Assembly: GCA_002783405.1 (NCBI GenBank)
Contig: PFGG01000035.1
Span: 113,615 to 177,614 of the forward strand
Source: a bacterium (Candidatus Blackallbacteria) CG13_big_fil_rev_8_21_14_2_50_49_14
GTDB lineage: Bacteria > Cyanobacteriota > Sericytochromatia > UBA7694
Direction: 5' to 3'
Length of the DNA stretch: 64,000 nt
In this document: positions 1-11,125 of the stretch, piece by piece
Layout: each line of letters starts with the position of its first letter
Numbering within the stretch: the stretch's first letter is position 1
Notes under the pieces: model-generated
What the model saw: the letters and a program-made list of their open reading frames with translations, nothing else
What the model was told of the DNA's origin: nothing
Databases searched by the model: none
Made by a program: the position numbers and the translations under genes

Positions 1-4
1 CCAA

Positions 5-739
5 ATGCTGAACAATACCCGCCAGAGCATCAGCAATATCAACGGGCTGACCCGCCAATGGCAGGATTTTACCAAAGACCTGCAAGGCCTGACCCGTAAA
101 TTTGAAGGCATTACCGACGATGTCAAAACCATCACAGGCGATGTGCTGGAGATCAGTCATGATCCTGAGATCAAAAAGAATATCCGCACCGTAGCCAAAA
201 ATGCGACCCGCCTGACCAATGCCATCTTTGATCTGACCGACCCCCAAACACAAACCAACCAACTGGATCTGAATTTCAGGGCCGAAGCCCTGGGCGCCAT
301 GCGTTTAACCCAAGATTTTAAAGCCGTCCCCGGAGCTGTCGGCAACTTCAATGTCTTTGGGGATCTGGGACTGGGGGGACCGGTTTCATACTTCCGTGTC
401 GGTCTGGATGAAATTGGTGATGGCAACCTGATCAACCTGCAGGCCGGGAGCAAAATCGATGACAAAAGCCTGGTCCGCTTTGGTCTGGTGCGTGGCAAAA
501 TTGGTGCAGGCGCAGATTTTAATATGAAGCTCCTCGACCAACCCTTAACCCTGAGTGGTGAATTGTATGATATCAACTCACCGCGAATGCGCTTGGGCCT
601 TTTACAGAATATCTGGCAGGATTATGGTCTTTCGCTCTATTGGGATAACCAATTCGTGCGTGGCATCAATGAATTCAATCTGGGCTTCCGCTGGCAACCC
701 CGCACCACCAAACAAGAACCTGCTCATCCCCCCCGTTAG
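5..739 (+). CDS. Hypothetical protein, C-terminal fragment (gene starts upstream of window); coiled-coil-like N-part then beta-rich tail ending ...GFRWQP, possibly envelope-associated
   Basis: The ORF is open at the window edge. It is followed 10 nt later by the next gene and the hypF block on the same strand. No confident family match from sequence alone. Confidence 0.4.
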   Translation: MLNNTRQSISNINGLTRQWQDFTKDLQGLTRKFEGITDDVKTITGDVLEISHDPEIKKNIRTVAKNATRLTNAIFDLTDPQTQTNQLDLNFRAEALGAMRLTQDFKAVPGAVGNFNVFGDLGLGGPVSYFRVGLDEIGDGNLINLQAGSKIDDKSLVRFGLVRGKIGAGADFNMKLLDQPLTLSGELYDINSPRMRLGLLQNIWQDYGLSLYWDNQFVRGINEFNLGFRWQPRTTKQEPAHPPR

Positions 740-749
740 AGGTAAGGCC

Positions 750-1301
750 ATGCCCAAGAAAAAGAAAACACATACCCCCTTGGAGGCCCTGCAAGCCCCC
801 TTGAATTTGGTGGGCTTTGAAACTTTTCTTTTGCCCAAAAGCTCTGAAACCCCCTATAGTCAGTTGCTGGTGGCCCTGACCCCTGAACCCAGTGAAACTG
901 AGTCTTCTGCTTGCTCTATTCTGCAAATTTTTTATACCAAAGATGTGATTGAAAGCCAGGAATCTCAAGTTGAAAGCGGGCTTTCGGTTTTGCAGTTCCT
1001 CTGTACCCTGCCCGACCCGCTCAGTGAGGCCTTGCTGCCTGAGGCATGGCGACTCTGCACCTTTTTCTCACAGCTGATGCCCATGGGCGGATTTCAGATC
1101 ACCCCAGAGAACAGAATCTACTATCGCTATTGCCATATGCACACCGATCCTCAACTCAAGCCCGAACTTCTGGTCGAAATTGTTGAGCTGATCAGTCTCT
1201 TCCTTACCTGTTTTGAGCACACGCAGCAGCAACTGGGCAAAATCCCTCTTTCGGAGCTTCAGCTGAAGGCCCAGACCGAACTGCTTTCCAGTGCGGTTTA
1301 G
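750..1301 (+). CDS. Hypothetical protein (183 aa)
   Basis: ATG at 750 is preceded by the ribosome-binding site aggtaagg. The gene sits between the upstream ORF and hypF on the same strand. The track ORF 555..1301 is an over-extension that overlaps the previous gene. Confidence 0.5.
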   Translation: MPKKKKTHTPLEALQAPLNLVGFETFLLPKSSETPYSQLLVALTPEPSETESSACSILQIFYTKDVIESQESQVESGLSVLQFLCTLPDPLSEALLPEAWRLCTFFSQLMPMGGFQITPENRIYYRYCHMHTDPQLKPELLVEIVELISLFLTCFEHTQQQLGKIPLSELQLKAQTELLSSAV

Positions 1302-1309
1302 CCTCGCAA

Positions 1310-3616
1310 ATGCCGCTACAAAGACAGCGGATCGAACTCCGGGGTCTGGTCCAGGGCTTGGGCTTTCGCCCTTTTGTTTACCGTTTGGCGCAAGAGCATG
1401 GATTGGCAGGCTGGGTGCTCAACCGCAGCGAAGGCGTTTTGATTGAAGCCGAAGGCCCAAGTTCTGTTTTGGCGAGTTTTATTGAGGCCTTAAACAGCCA
1501 GCGCCCTCCGCTGTCTGTCTTGACAGAAATCAGCACAGAGCTTCTGCCCTGTCTGGGCGAAACACATTTTCAGATTTTGCCTAGCCCCACGAACAGCACA
1601 GAAACAGAAGCCTGGATTTTGCCTGATCTTGCCACTTGTGCAGCCTGCGTGCAAGATCTCTTTGAAGCTGGCAACCGGCGTTTTCGCTACCCTTTTACCA
1701 ACTGTACCTATTGTGGCCCACGTTATACGATTATTCAGAGTTTGCCCTATGACCGCCCACGCACCAGCATGCAAAGCTTTGCCATGTGCCCGGACTGCGA
1801 AGCCGAATACCGCGATCCCGGCGACCGCCGTTTTCACGCCCAACCCATTGCCTGCCCCAGTTGTGGCCCCCAATTATCCCTCTGGAACCCCCTGGGAGAG
1901 GTTATAGCCGAACGGGAAGCTGCTCTGCAGGCCAGTGAAAAAGCTCTGCAGGCAGGACAAATTTTAGCCTTAAAAGGCCTGGGAGGGTTTCAACTGCTGG
2001 TAGATGCCCGCAATGCTGAAGCCGTGGCCCGATTGCGTACCGCCAAACAGCGCGAAGCCAAGCCCCTGGCCCTGATGATGCAAGACCTGATTCAGGTCAA
2101 AGCCTATTGCCAGGTTTCAGCTGAAGAAGCCGCACTGCTCACCGGCCCCCAAGCCCCAATCGTGCTCCTGGAGCGTCTGAAGAAACAAAACCTGGCCCCC
2201 AATCTGACCCAAACCCTCAATCCCCGCTTGGGCATTATGTTGCCCACCACGCCCCTTCACCATTTGCTTTTAAAGGATTTAGGCTTTCCCTTGGTCGCCA
2301 CCAGTGGCAATCTCAGCGATGAACCCCTGTGCACAGAGGAGCAGGAGGCCCTGGTGCGTTTACAGGCTATTGCCGATCTGTTTCTGGTGCACAACCGCCC
2401 GATTTTACGCCCTGTCGATGATTCTGTGGTACACGTGATTGCGGGCCAACCCACCCAATTGCGCCGGGCACGGGGCTATGCTCCCCTGCCCTTGGCTGTT
2501 CCCGCCATTCAAGCTCCCCTGCTGGCCCTGGGAGGTCATTTAAAAAATACCCTGGCCCTGAGCCGCAAGGGCCAGGTTTTTCTCAGCCAGCACCTGGGAG
2601 ATCTCGACAGCCCCTCAAGCCAAAACCAATACAGGCACCACCTGCACACCCTGCCCAAGCTGCTGGGTATTGAGCCTGAAGCCTTGGCCTGTGACACCCA
2701 TCCTGATTATTTCTCCAGCCAGCAGGCAGAGCGGATCGCTCTGCCCCGAATTCAAGTACAACACCATTTGGCACATGTTCAAGCCGTGATGGCCGAACAC
2801 GGCTTAAACGCCCCTTTGCTGGGCATGGCTTGGGACGGTTTGGGCCTGGGAACCGATCAGACCCTCTGGGGAGGCGAAGCGCTTGAACTTTTGCCCACGG
2901 GCTGGCAACGCAAGGCCTGGTTGCGCCCCTTTGATTTCGCAGGGGGGGAAAAAGCCCTGCGCAAACCCGCTTATATCGCCCTGGGGCTTTTGCACAGCCT
3001 GTGGGGAGAAGAGATCTGGGAGAGATCAGAACTGGCCCCGCTTCAGGCCCTGAAGACCTCTGAACGCAAGCTGCTGAAACAGGCCCTGGCCTCGCCAGAG
3101 CTCTGCCAAACCACCTCCAGTATCGGACGTCTCTTCGATGCGCTGGCCAGCCTGCTCGATCTCCGCCAAAGCTGTTCTTTTGAGGGAGAGGCTGCGATTG
3201 AACTCGAGTTTTTAGCCCAAAGCTGGTCAGGTTCCGCAGAGCCCTGGCCCATCCCCCTACAGTTCAGTAAAGACGGTTGGATCGCAAATCCTGAGCCCCT
3301 GCTCATTGCCCTGCTTGCAGATTTGCAGTTAAACCTGCCCAAACCCCTTTTGGCAGCGCGCTTTCACGCCTCTTTGGTTCAGCTTCTGCTCAACCTCGCT
3401 CAAAATAGCGGCTTGGAAACGGTCGTACTCAGCGGCGGTTGTTTTCAAAACCGGCTTTTGCTGACCCAAGCGATTCAAATACTTCAAAGAGCAGGATTCA
3501 AGGTATACTGGCCCCAACAGGTTCCGGCCAATGATGGCAGTCTGGCGCTGGGACAAATCCTGGCGCTCCATACTAAAAGGAAGGAAACAGCCCATGTGTC
3601 TGGCCATTCCCGGTGA
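1310..3616 (+). CDS. hypF: [NiFe]-hydrogenase maturation carbamoyltransferase HypF
   Basis: Acylphosphatase-like N-terminus (VQGLGFRPFVYRLA). Two CxxC...CxxC zinc-finger pairs (CAAC, CTYCGPRY, CPDC, CPSCGP). YrdC-like and Kae1-like domains follow. Length is 768 aa. Confidence 0.9.
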   Translation: MPLQRQRIELRGLVQGLGFRPFVYRLAQEHGLAGWVLNRSEGVLIEAEGPSSVLASFIEALNSQRPPLSVLTEISTELLPCLGETHFQILPSPTNSTETEAWILPDLATCAACVQDLFEAGNRRFRYPFTNCTYCGPRYTIIQSLPYDRPRTSMQSFAMCPDCEAEYRDPGDRRFHAQPIACPSCGPQLSLWNPLGEVIAEREAALQASEKALQAGQILALKGLGGFQLLVDARNAEAVARLRTAKQREAKPLALMMQDLIQVKAYCQVSAEEAALLTGPQAPIVLLERLKKQNLAPNLTQTLNPRLGIMLPTTPLHHLLLKDLGFPLVATSGNLSDEPLCTEEQEALVRLQAIADLFLVHNRPILRPVDDSVVHVIAGQPTQLRRARGYAPLPLAVPAIQAPLLALGGHLKNTLALSRKGQVFLSQHLGDLDSPSSQNQYRHHLHTLPKLLGIEPEALACDTHPDYFSSQQAERIALPRIQVQHHLAHVQAVMAEHGLNAPLLGMAWDGLGLGTDQTLWGGEALELLPTGWQRKAWLRPFDFAGGEKALRKPAYIALGLLHSLWGEEIWERSELAPLQALKTSERKLLKQALASPELCQTTSSIGRLFDALASLLDLRQSCSFEGEAAIELEFLAQSWSGSAEPWPIPLQFSKDGWIANPEPLLIALLADLQLNLPKPLLAARFHASLVQLLLNLAQNSGLETVVLSGGCFQNRLLLTQAIQILQRAGFKVYWPQQVPANDGSLALGQILALHTKRKETAHVSGHSR

Positions 3617-3845
3617 GATTCTTGAAATTCTCGATCCAGAGGATCTTTTACGCCCCGCCCGCGTAGCCTTTGGCAGCATGCGCAAACAGGTTTCACTGGC
3701 CTATGTGCCCGAAGCCCAAATCGGAGATTTTGTGCTGGTACACGTGGGCTTTGCCCTGACCGTACTCGACGCCGCTGAAGCAGAACGCACCCTGACAGCC
3801 CTGACAGAATTGGGCGCGCTGGAGGAAAATGAAATACCAGACTGA
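3594..3845 (+). CDS. hypC: Hydrogenase assembly chaperone HypC/HupF
   Basis: The protein starts MCLAIPGEI, the essential N-terminal Cys2 motif of HypC, and is about 83 aa. Ribosome-binding site aaaaggaagg lies upstream. It overlaps the hypF 3' end. The track start at 3531 is an upstream over-extension. Confidence 0.85.
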   Translation: MCLAIPGEILEILDPEDLLRPARVAFGSMRKQVSLAYVPEAQIGDFVLVHVGFALTVLDAAEAERTLTALTELGALEENEIPD

Positions 3846-4914
3846 ATACCGCCAGCCCGAAGCGATCCAAGCGCTGGCAGAAGAGATTCACAAAACAGTG
3901 ACCCGCCCCTGGACCCTGATGGAAGTCTGTGGAGGACAAACCCATGCCATCGTCAAATATGGGCTGGATCAACTGCTTCCATCGGGCGTTGAACTGCTGC
4001 ATGGCCCTGGTTGCCCGGTTTGCGTGACCCCCCTGACCATTCTCGATCAAGCCCAGGCCCTGGCACGAAACCCAAAAGTCGTCCTCTGTTCCTATGGGGA
4101 TATGCTACGCGTTCCTGGCAGCCAGACCGATCTGCTCAGCGTAAGAGCCCAAGGCGGAGACGTGCGCAACGTGTATTCTCCGCTTGAAGCGGTTGAGCTG
4201 GCCCAGGCCCACCCTGAACGTGAGGTGGTTTTTTTAGCGGTGGGCTTTGAAACCACCGTGCCGGGCCACGCCCTGGCCCTGGCGCGAGCCGAACAACTGG
4301 GTTTGAAGAACTTTTCGCTGCTGGTTTCTCATGTTTGCGTCCCTCCTGCCCTGGAGGCCATTCTTTCTGCCGAGGGCAACCGTGTGCAGGGATTTCTCGC
4401 CGCAGGCCATGTCTGCACTATCATGGGCACAGCAGAATATCTGCCGATTGTTGAAAAATACAAGGTTCCGATTGTGATTACAGGTTTTGAACCCGTGGAT
4501 ATTCTCGCAGGTATCCTGGCCTGTCTGCAAGCCTTAGAAAGCGCCCGTCCCCAATTGCTCAATAGCTACAGCCGGGTGGTGCGTGCAGAAGGCAATCCCG
4601 TTGCCCAAAAACAGGTAGATCAGTTCTTTGAACGGGTCGATCGGGCCTGGCGGGGCATTGGCGTCTTGCCTGCCAGTGGCCTGGGGCTACGTGAGATCTG
4701 GCAGGGTTTCGACGCGCGCCAGCGCTTTGGTTTGGGGCCGGACACCGCCGAAACCCCCGGCGAATGCCGCAGTGGCGAGGTCTTACAAGGGCGGCTCAAG
4801 CCCCCGGAATGCCCGGCATTTGGTAAAGCCTGCACACCAGAACGGCCCTTGGGGGCTCCGATGGTCTCCTCAGAAGGAGCATGTGCAGCCTGGTACCGTT
4901 ACCGAGGCACCTGA
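3829..4914 (+). CDS. hypD: Hydrogenase maturation factor HypD
   Basis: Contains the motifs [19 protein letters not shown] and a C-terminal CPAFGKAC...GAC cysteine cluster typical of HypD. It overlaps hypC by 17 nt. Confidence 0.9.
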   Translation: MKYQTEYRQPEAIQALAEEIHKTVTRPWTLMEVCGGQTHAIVKYGLDQLLPSGVELLHGPGCPVCVTPLTILDQAQALARNPKVVLCSYGDMLRVPGSQTDLLSVRAQGGDVRNVYSPLEAVELAQAHPEREVVFLAVGFETTVPGHALALARAEQLGLKNFSLLVSHVCVPPALEAILSAEGNRVQGFLAAGHVCTIMGTAEYLPIVEKYKVPIVITGFEPVDILAGILACLQALESARPQLLNSYSRVVRAEGNPVAQKQVDQFFERVDRAWRGIGVLPASGLGLREIWQGFDARQRFGLGPDTAETPGECRSGEVLQGRLKPPECPAFGKACTPERPLGAPMVSSEGACAAWYRYRGT

Positions 4915-7082
4915 AAAACCGTTTCAAACGCGGGTTTTAACTGGCTCCAAAGCGGAAAAGACTTTTGATCCAGCCCCTTTGAAGTCCAAGTGACAAGTAA
5001 GGGCACACGCAGTTTTTGCAACTGTGAAGGGTAAAACACCACAGGCTCATCCAAGATAAAGCCATAACAATCGACTTTGGCTTGCCCCTGAGAAAGTGTC
5101 AGATCAGCAGGACGCGAGCCTGGATCTGCACCCAATTTCAATAAATCAGGTTTACACAAGATTAAAGCTGTGGGTTGATGAAAGGCTGGCAAAAGGGTAT
5201 AAGCTCCGCCCGGAGCAAAAATATCAGCAAAATAAGGATTTTGCGGCATGCTGTTTGCCGTGATCTGTTGCCCCTGAACAGCGGGCGTCTGGCGCGCCAA
5301 ATCAAAACTTAAGGCCTTTTCTAAAACAGGATGAACAGGTGAAAGAACACGCCACCACCCTTGCTTGTTCTGGCTGACGCGCAATCCTGGAACCAATACC
5401 CCCAAAGAAAGAACAGACAAGTTTTGATTCAAAAGACTTAAATCGGCTTTTGTTTTTAGATTTGTTATTTCCCGGGCCTGGCTTAAAACCTGTCTGAATT
5501 GCTCTTTCCCTGCCGGATAGGCCCCCTGCATTATTTCTCGATAAGGATTATCTGATGCCTGGTGCAAATAAACCGTGTGATACCAAAAATAGTCATAAGG
5601 TGCGCCATCAAATCCATAGGCCGAATTATTAAGATAAGAAGCATCCAACGCTCGCCCCTGCTGAGAAATACTGTTCCAAGCTAAAATAAAGGCAAAGACA
5701 TATCCCAAGACTCTAAATTTTGCGAATTCAAACTTTTCAAGTGCAGAAAATACATAACCCAAACAGGCCATCGCAACCCAAATTCCCCAGAATTCATACC
5801 AAACCGTATCTCTTAAAAGAGCGCGATTGCCAAATAAAAGCAAAGGAAAAAGACAAAAGAGCGAAACTCCCATCATGGCAAGAGGAAAATAATCCATCTG
5901 CTCACGCTGCTTACTCCACAGCTCCCAGCCCAAGAAAGCAAAGCCAACGCCACAAATTACAAGATAATCTGCACGGGTACTAAAAATAAAGCGCAGCGTA
6001 TCTACGATACTGCCCGTTCCCGCTGAGCTGATATCCATCCAGATGCTGGCACGCAAAAGCCCCTGTAAGTAATGCCATCCCAGATTAAAATCAGGAAAGA
6101 AACAAAACAAGGGAAAAACAAAAGCAAGACTCAATCCCAATAAAAATCCAGGATACGCAGCGACGATGTTTTGCCAGCGATGACTCAAGCGCTGAAAAAG
6201 AAAGAGAAAAGGAAGCGGCAAAAACACCAAGCCCAGCCAGATCACTGGCAGTTTTAAACTGCCCGGCTGAGAGAAATTTGCAACCGGCATGGTTCGTCCG
6301 GGCAGAGCAGTGCTGAACCAAGCTGGCCAGGCCAAGATAAAAAACAAGAGCAAACCTGGCAGCAGTTGCAAACCAATCGTTTGAGGCTTAGGACTTTTCT
6401 CAGGTGTTTCTACTTCCAGCATTTGCCATATTTGAAAAGCCAAAACCACAGGCATTGCAATGATCGCCTGAACTTTGGTCATCACCGCCAAACTGCTAAA
6501 AACCCCGCACAAGAGCAGAGCAGAAAGACGAAACCGAGGGGCTTGGCGAATCATCAAGGCCGAAAGTAGAGCCAGGGCCAGCAAAAAAAGGCTGAAGATT
6601 TCCGAACGCAGCGTCATAGCCATATGCAAAACGCCACCTTCTAGGCCCAAGGCAAGACTCGCACTCAACCACAGCCAGGGCATATGTGGAAACAAAACAA
6701 CCAGCAAAACCACAGCCGTTAAAACAAATAGCCAGACAAGCACCGCTTGAATTTTACGCAAAAACAAAGTCAGTTCAGCCAATCCCAGCGCAGGATCTGC
6801 TGCATTCTTCAAGTCTTCCAGGCTGGCCACTGAAATCAGTTGATGGGCACGGGCCATGCGGGTCGCCGAGGCCAAAATAGCCACCATCGCAAATTTAGGG
6901 TGGTCCAAATGCGCTGGGGTTTTATGACTGTTCAGTAAAAGCGTATCCTGTGCAGTTGAAGCATCCATATCCCAATAATAATCAAAGGGAAAAACCTGTG
7001 AAAGATGCAAATAGAAAGGAAGCAAACCAGAGCAGACTAAAAGAGTTAAAATCAGCAAAACATGCCGACTGTTTTTACGCAT
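4899..7082 (-). CDS. Polytopic membrane glycosyltransferase with a GT-C fold (ArnT/PMT-like) and a ~250-aa C-terminal soluble domain
   Basis: More than 10 predicted transmembrane segments. An acidic first-loop motif FDYYWDMD sits after TM1, the expected catalytic-loop position in GT-C enzymes. It is the last gene of the operon containing the DPM1-like GT2 and the DegT aminotransferase. Confidence 0.5.
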   Translation of the reverse strand: MRKNSRHVLLILTLLVCSGLLPFYLHLSQVFPFDYYWDMDASTAQDTLLLNSHKTPAHLDHPKFAMVAILASATRMARAHQLISVASLEDLKNAADPALGLAELTLFLRKIQAVLVWLFVLTAVVLLVVLFPHMPWLWLSASLALGLEGGVLHMAMTLRSEIFSLFLLALALLSALMIRQAPRFRLSALLLCGVFSSLAVMTKVQAIIAMPVVLAFQIWQMLEVETPEKSPKPQTIGLQLLPGLLLFFILAWPAWFSTALPGRTMPVANFSQPGSLKLPVIWLGLVFLPLPFLFLFQRLSHRWQNIVAAYPGFLLGLSLAFVFPLFCFFPDFNLGWHYLQGLLRASIWMDISSAGTGSIVDTLRFIFSTRADYLVICGVGFAFLGWELWSKQREQMDYFPLAMMGVSLFCLFPLLLFGNRALLRDTVWYEFWGIWVAMACLGYVFSALEKFEFAKFRVLGYVFAFILAWNSISQQGRALDASYLNNSAYGFDGAPYDYFWYHTVYLHQASDNPYREIMQGAYPAGKEQFRQVLSQAREITNLKTKADLSLLNQNLSVLSLGVLVPGLRVSQNKQGWWRVLSPVHPVLEKALSFDLARQTPAVQGQQITANSMPQNPYFADIFAPGGAYTLLPAFHQPTALILCKPDLLKLGADPGSRPADLTLSQGQAKVDCYGFILDEPVVFYPSQLQKLRVPLLVTWTSKGLDQKSFPLWSQLKPAFETVFQVPR

Positions 7083-7085
7083 GTT

Positions 7086-8378
7086 TTAAAATTTCCCCAA
7101 AAATTGATCAAGTGTATCCTGAAAATAAGCAAGCGCTGAATCGGTAAGATCATGGTGAATGCCCACCATAAAGCCCCGATCATGCACATAATCAGCACCC
7201 GGCATCGCTGATTGGCCCTGACGAAATGCGAATTTATGCACCACTGGCTGGCGCAAAAAATTACCTGTAATCAAAGGACGGGTAAAAATTTGGGCAGATT
7301 GTAAAGCCCTTTGCAAGTCTTTGCGCTCAAAGGGAGCCCCTGGTTTCACCAGAATGGCCAGACCAAAAGCGGAAGAGGCATGCCCTGGCAAGGCCTGCTG
7401 AACCGCCAGCCAATCTCCCCAACGGTTTAAGATATGCGCCTGCAAAATTGCTAAAATATTCTGACGCCGAAGAATAAACGCATCCAGCCTTCCCAACTGA
7501 CTCAAACCTATCGCAGCGTGCATTTCAGTAGGCCGCAGATTATAGCCAGTTTCAACGAAAAGCCAGCCCCCTGTAAGTTCAGGAAAGCGCTCAATCCAGT
7601 CCTGCTGATCACTGCGGCCACGAATCCAACCATGTGCCCGCTGACTGATCAACAGATCCTGCCAATCTTGGGGTTTGCGCATACACACCATTCCCCCCTC
7701 AATCGTGGTCATATGGTGGGAGAGAAAAAAGCTGAAGCTGGAAAGGTCTCCAAAATTCCCGACCTTCACACCTTCAATCGTGGCACCATGGGCTTCACAG
7801 CAATCTTCAAGCACCCATAAATCATGCTTGCGGGCCAAAGCCATCAACTCAGGCATGGGGCAAGGGTTTCCCAAAACATGTACAGCCACCAGGGCACGGG
7901 TTTGGGGAGTAATCGCTGCTTCGACCTGCTCAAGACTCAGGTTCAGAGTCACGGGATCACAGTCCACAAAAACGGGAATGGCCCCCATCTGAACCACTGG
8001 AAAAACAGATGTTGACCAGCACACAGCGGGAACAATCACTTCATCACCCGGCTTCAAGGCGGGCTGAGTCTGTTGTGAAGCAAAAGCAGACAAAGCCAGA
8101 AGATTGGCTGAGGAGCCTGAATTGACCATCAAAGAGCCAGCCGATTGATTCCAATGGCTCCAGGCCTGCTCAAATTCTGCCACACGTTGCCCCATGCTGA
8201 CCTGACCGCTAAGTAAAACAGCCACAGCGGCCTGCAAGTCTTCTGGCTCAAAAAGGGTACGCATCAGTTCAAAGGGCTGCTGGGGAGGGGCCTGCATCAA
8301 TTGGCGCTGGTAGTTGCCTACCCACTCCAGAATCTGATCGTGCTGGGTTTCCAGATCACGCATGGGAAGCTCACTCAT
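7086..8378 (-). CDS. DegT/DnrJ/EryC1/StrS-family PLP-dependent sugar aminotransferase
   Basis: Length and motifs match sugar 4-aminotransferases of the ArnB/Per type (GDEVIVPA..., SFF..H...EGG lysine region). Its start overlaps the upstream GT2 gene by 4 nt. Confidence 0.85.
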   Translation of the reverse strand: MSELPMRDLETQHDQILEWVGNYQRQLMQAPPQQPFELMRTLFEPEDLQAAVAVLLSGQVSMGQRVAEFEQAWSHWNQSAGSLMVNSGSSANLLALSAFASQQTQPALKPGDEVIVPAVCWSTSVFPVVQMGAIPVFVDCDPVTLNLSLEQVEAAITPQTRALVAVHVLGNPCPMPELMALARKHDLWVLEDCCEAHGATIEGVKVGNFGDLSSFSFFLSHHMTTIEGGMVCMRKPQDWQDLLISQRAHGWIRGRSDQQDWIERFPELTGGWLFVETGYNLRPTEMHAAIGLSQLGRLDAFILRRQNILAILQAHILNRWGDWLAVQQALPGHASSAFGLAILVKPGAPFERKDLQRALQSAQIFTRPLITGNFLRQPVVHKFAFRQGQSAMPGADYVHDRGFMVGIHHDLTDSALAYFQDTLDQFLGKF

Positions 8379-9073
8379 TGCGGGCCGGCAGGCAGTTTGA
8401 GTTCACGAAAATACAACTTCAGAAAGGCAATCCCCGTTTGAATACTGGGAGACCCCTTTTCAGGTCCAATCCGGTTGCCTTCACGGGTTGGAAACTCAGC
8501 AATTTTCAAACCGTATTTAAGCGCCCGAATCGTGCTCTGATACTCTATCGTATATCCCGGCCCATCAGGCGCAAGGCGTTCCCAGGCCCGACGCGTAATC
8601 GCACGATAGCCATTGATACTGTCTGTCACAAAGGGATGTTGATGACGGTTAAAACTCATATTCGCCATTAAATTAAAGGCGTTATTTGCCCATTTCCGCC
8701 ATTTGAAAAATTGGTCGTCTTCTTCATTGCGTGCCCCTTCGACCATGCGCGTGCCAATCACAATATCATGACCGGCTTCCAGCAAAGGTCTGAACTTCGT
8801 CAAATCTCGCGGGTCTTCGTTGCCATCGGGGCTAAAAAAAATCAAAGCATCGGCATCTGTCGAGTCAAAGGCTATCCGAAAAGCTTCGCCCCGTCCTTTT
8901 GAAACCTGCTCACGTACAGGAAAAGCGTGTTGACGATAGAATTCAAGCGTTCCATCTTTGGAACCCCCATCCACGGCAAAATACTCATCGACACTGCCCA
9001 AAGGCAAATCCTTGAAAATAGCCTCCAAACCCGGCAATTCATCAAGGGTCAATAAAACCAAAGCCAATTTCAT
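8375..9073 (-). CDS. GT2 polyprenyl-phosphate glycosyltransferase (DPM1/ArnC-like, soluble form)
   Basis: Contains DGGSKDGT and a DxD-type GT2 core in about 232 aa. ATG at 9073 follows the ribosome-binding site aaggaaaaa and is coupled (ATGA) to the upstream reductase stop. Confidence 0.75.
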   Translation of the reverse strand: MKLALVLLTLDELPGLEAIFKDLPLGSVDEYFAVDGGSKDGTLEFYRQHAFPVREQVSKGRGEAFRIAFDSTDADALIFFSPDGNEDPRDLTKFRPLLEAGHDIVIGTRMVEGARNEEDDQFFKWRKWANNAFNLMANMSFNRHQHPFVTDSINGYRAITRRAWERLAPDGPGYTIEYQSTIRALKYGLKIAEFPTREGNRIGPEKGSPSIQTGIAFLKLYFRELKLPAGPQ

Positions 9074-10062
9074 ATGCTTTTTCCTTTGTGCTCTCGGTAC
9101 CACTGTAAGGTTTTCAAGAGCCCCTCGCGCAAAGGAGTTTCTGTCTGAAAACCTAATTTTTCAAGGGCTTTGCGGTTATCACAATGCCGACGGGGTTGCC
9201 CATTGGGCTTGCTGGTATCAAAGATCAACTCCAAAGAGCGGCCTGAAAGCTCCACCAAAAGAGAGGCCAGATCACGAATGGTAATTTCTTCGTCTGCTCC
9301 CAAATTAAAGGCCTCAGGCCCCTGGGCTTTTTCAGCCACCGTCAAAAGCCCATTGGCAAAATCTTCAACATAGAGAAAAGAACGGGAAGCACTGCCATCT
9401 CCCCAGACCACCAGGGGGTTAATTCCCTGCTCAATTTTATGAACCAAACCCGCAATCACATGGCTGCTTTGCGGATCAAAATCATCGCGCGGCCCATAGG
9501 CATTGAAGGGGCGGGCCACGACAATATCCATGCCAAACTCTTCGACATAGGCCTGGGCCATATATTCCTGCATACGCTTAGACCACCCATAACCCGCATT
9601 GGTGGGTTCAGGTGTTTCTTTAAAGCCTTCCTCTTCTGGGGTGGGGATACTGCTGTTTCGTGGATACACACAAGCTGAACTGGTCACAAGAAAACGTCTG
9701 ACTTCTTCTTGACGTGCGGCCTCCAGCGTACTGAGAAAAGCACGCATATTGTCGCGAAAAAGCGAGCCAGGATGAAGACGATTGAATTCAATGCCCCCAA
9801 CGCGGGCTGCCAAATGCAAAACCAGCTCCTGGCCCTGGCAACAGGCACGCGCAAAAGTTTCATCTTCAAGATTGCCCACCCGGGTATCAATCTCGTTTTT
9901 CACATTTTCCAGAAAACGGAAGCGATTCTCTTCAAGACTCGAGGTCGTCGTGACATGGGCCCCGGCAGCGACAAGCTTTTCAACTGTAAAGCTGCCAATA
10001 AAGCCATTTCCGCCGGTTACCAAGACCTTGCGGTTGTGCCAGAAATCAACGCCGATTGGCAT
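9070..10062 (-). CDS. NAD-dependent epimerase/reductase, GDP-L-fucose synthase (Fcl)-like
   Basis: Rossmann motif [12 protein letters not shown]. Fcl-like motifs [37 protein letters not shown] and KPNGQPRR. It overlaps the 3' end of gmd. The alternative GTG start at 10080 is also possible. Confidence 0.7.
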   Translation of the reverse strand: MPIGVDFWHNRKVLVTGGNGFIGSFTVEKLVAAGAHVTTTSSLEENRFRFLENVKNEIDTRVGNLEDETFARACCQGQELVLHLAARVGGIEFNRLHPGSLFRDNMRAFLSTLEAARQEEVRRFLVTSSACVYPRNSSIPTPEEEGFKETPEPTNAGYGWSKRMQEYMAQAYVEEFGMDIVVARPFNAYGPRDDFDPQSSHVIAGLVHKIEQGINPLVVWGDGSASRSFLYVEDFANGLLTVAEKAQGPEAFNLGADEEITIRDLASLLVELSGRSLELIFDTSKPNGQPRRHCDNRKALEKLGFQTETPLREGLLKTLQWYREHKGKSI

Positions 10063-11125
10063 AATCAAAATCCTGATCACGGTAACCCGAAGGAAGAGAG
10101 CGAAACGCCTTGTCTTGACTGGGTTCTAAATTATAATCCAAAGGGTTCAGACCTACCGACTCAAGATCGGCCGCCAACATCAGACGCGCCAATTCTTTCA
10201 TACGGGTTTTGGCCTCCCAGCCCAATTTGGCTTTGGCTTTTGAAGCATCGCCAATCAAGAGGTCAACCTCTTTGGGACGAAAATAACGGGGATCGATACT
10301 GATAATTTCTTCCTGATTGAGGTTTACCTGTTCGCAGCAATAGTCCAAAAACTCTTTGACGGAGTGGGTTTCTCCGGTGGCCAAGACAAAATCCTCAGGT
10401 TGCTCCTGTTGCATCATCAACCACATGCCTTCTACGTATTCCCGCGCATAGCCCCAATCGCGTTTGGCTTCTAAATTGCCCAAATATATTTTGCTTTGGT
10501 GCCCTGCCAGGATAGCCGCCAGACCCATGGTGATTTTTCGCGTCACAAAGGTTTCACCCCGGCGTGGCGATTCATGATTAAACAAAATGCCATTCACCGC
10601 AAACAACTGGTGGGATTCACGCGCATTCATGGTCAACCAATAGGCCATCACTTTGGCACAGGCATAAGGTGAGCAGGGATAAAAAGGGGTCGTTTCACTC
10701 TGAGGAATAGCCCGCACATGCCCGTACATTTCACTGGAAGAAGCCTGGTAAAAACGGGCATCTGGTTTTTCTGTCAAAACAGCATCCAAAAGACGCTGAG
10801 TGCCCTGCCCAACCACATCAACGGTATAAGAAGGCGCATCAAATGAAACCCGCACATGGGATTGGGCTCCCAAATTATAGACTTCATCGGGCTGAATCTG
10901 GCGAATAAGCTGGTTTAAACGACTGGCATCACATAAATCGCCATAATGTAAAAAAAGATTATTCTTCTGTTGGTGAGGGTCTGAAAAAATACGCAAGATA
11001 CGCTGGGTACTGAAGGTGCTTGACCAACGGATCATGCCATGCACAATATATCCCTTGGCCAATAATAATTCAGCGAGATAAGAACCATCTTGACCGGTTA
11101 TGCCGGTAATAAAAGCCGTTTTCAA
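10046..11125 (-). CDS. gmd: GDP-mannose 4,6-dehydratase
   Basis: N-terminus [25 protein letters not shown] plus Gmd-specific motifs and 359 aa length. The start is TTG with an upstream aagg. Confidence 0.9.
   Translation of the reverse strand: MKTAFITGITGQDGSYLAELLLAKGYIVHGMIRWSSTFSTQRILRIFSDPHQQKNNLFLHYGDLCDASRLNQLIRQIQPDEVYNLGAQSHVRVSFDAPSYTVDVVGQGTQRLLDAVLTEKPDARFYQASSSEMYGHVRAIPQSETTPFYPCSPYACAKVMAYWLTMNARESHQLFAVNGILFNHESPRRGETFVTRKITMGLAAILAGHQSKIYLGNLEAKRDWGYAREYVEGMWLMMQQEQPEDFVLATGETHSVKEFLDYCCEQVNLNQEEIISIDPRYFRPKEVDLLIGDASKAKAKLGWEAKTRMKELARLMLAADLESVGLNPLDYNLEPSQDKAFRSLPSGYRDQDFDYANRR

Noticed and set aside
3614-3616. Possibility that TGA is recoded (genetic code 4/25), which would change all ORF calls
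   Set aside because: hypF, the GNAT gene, the prx-grx gene and many others terminate at TGA exactly where the conserved protein ends and the next gene's ribosome-binding site and start appear. Standard code 11 fits throughout.
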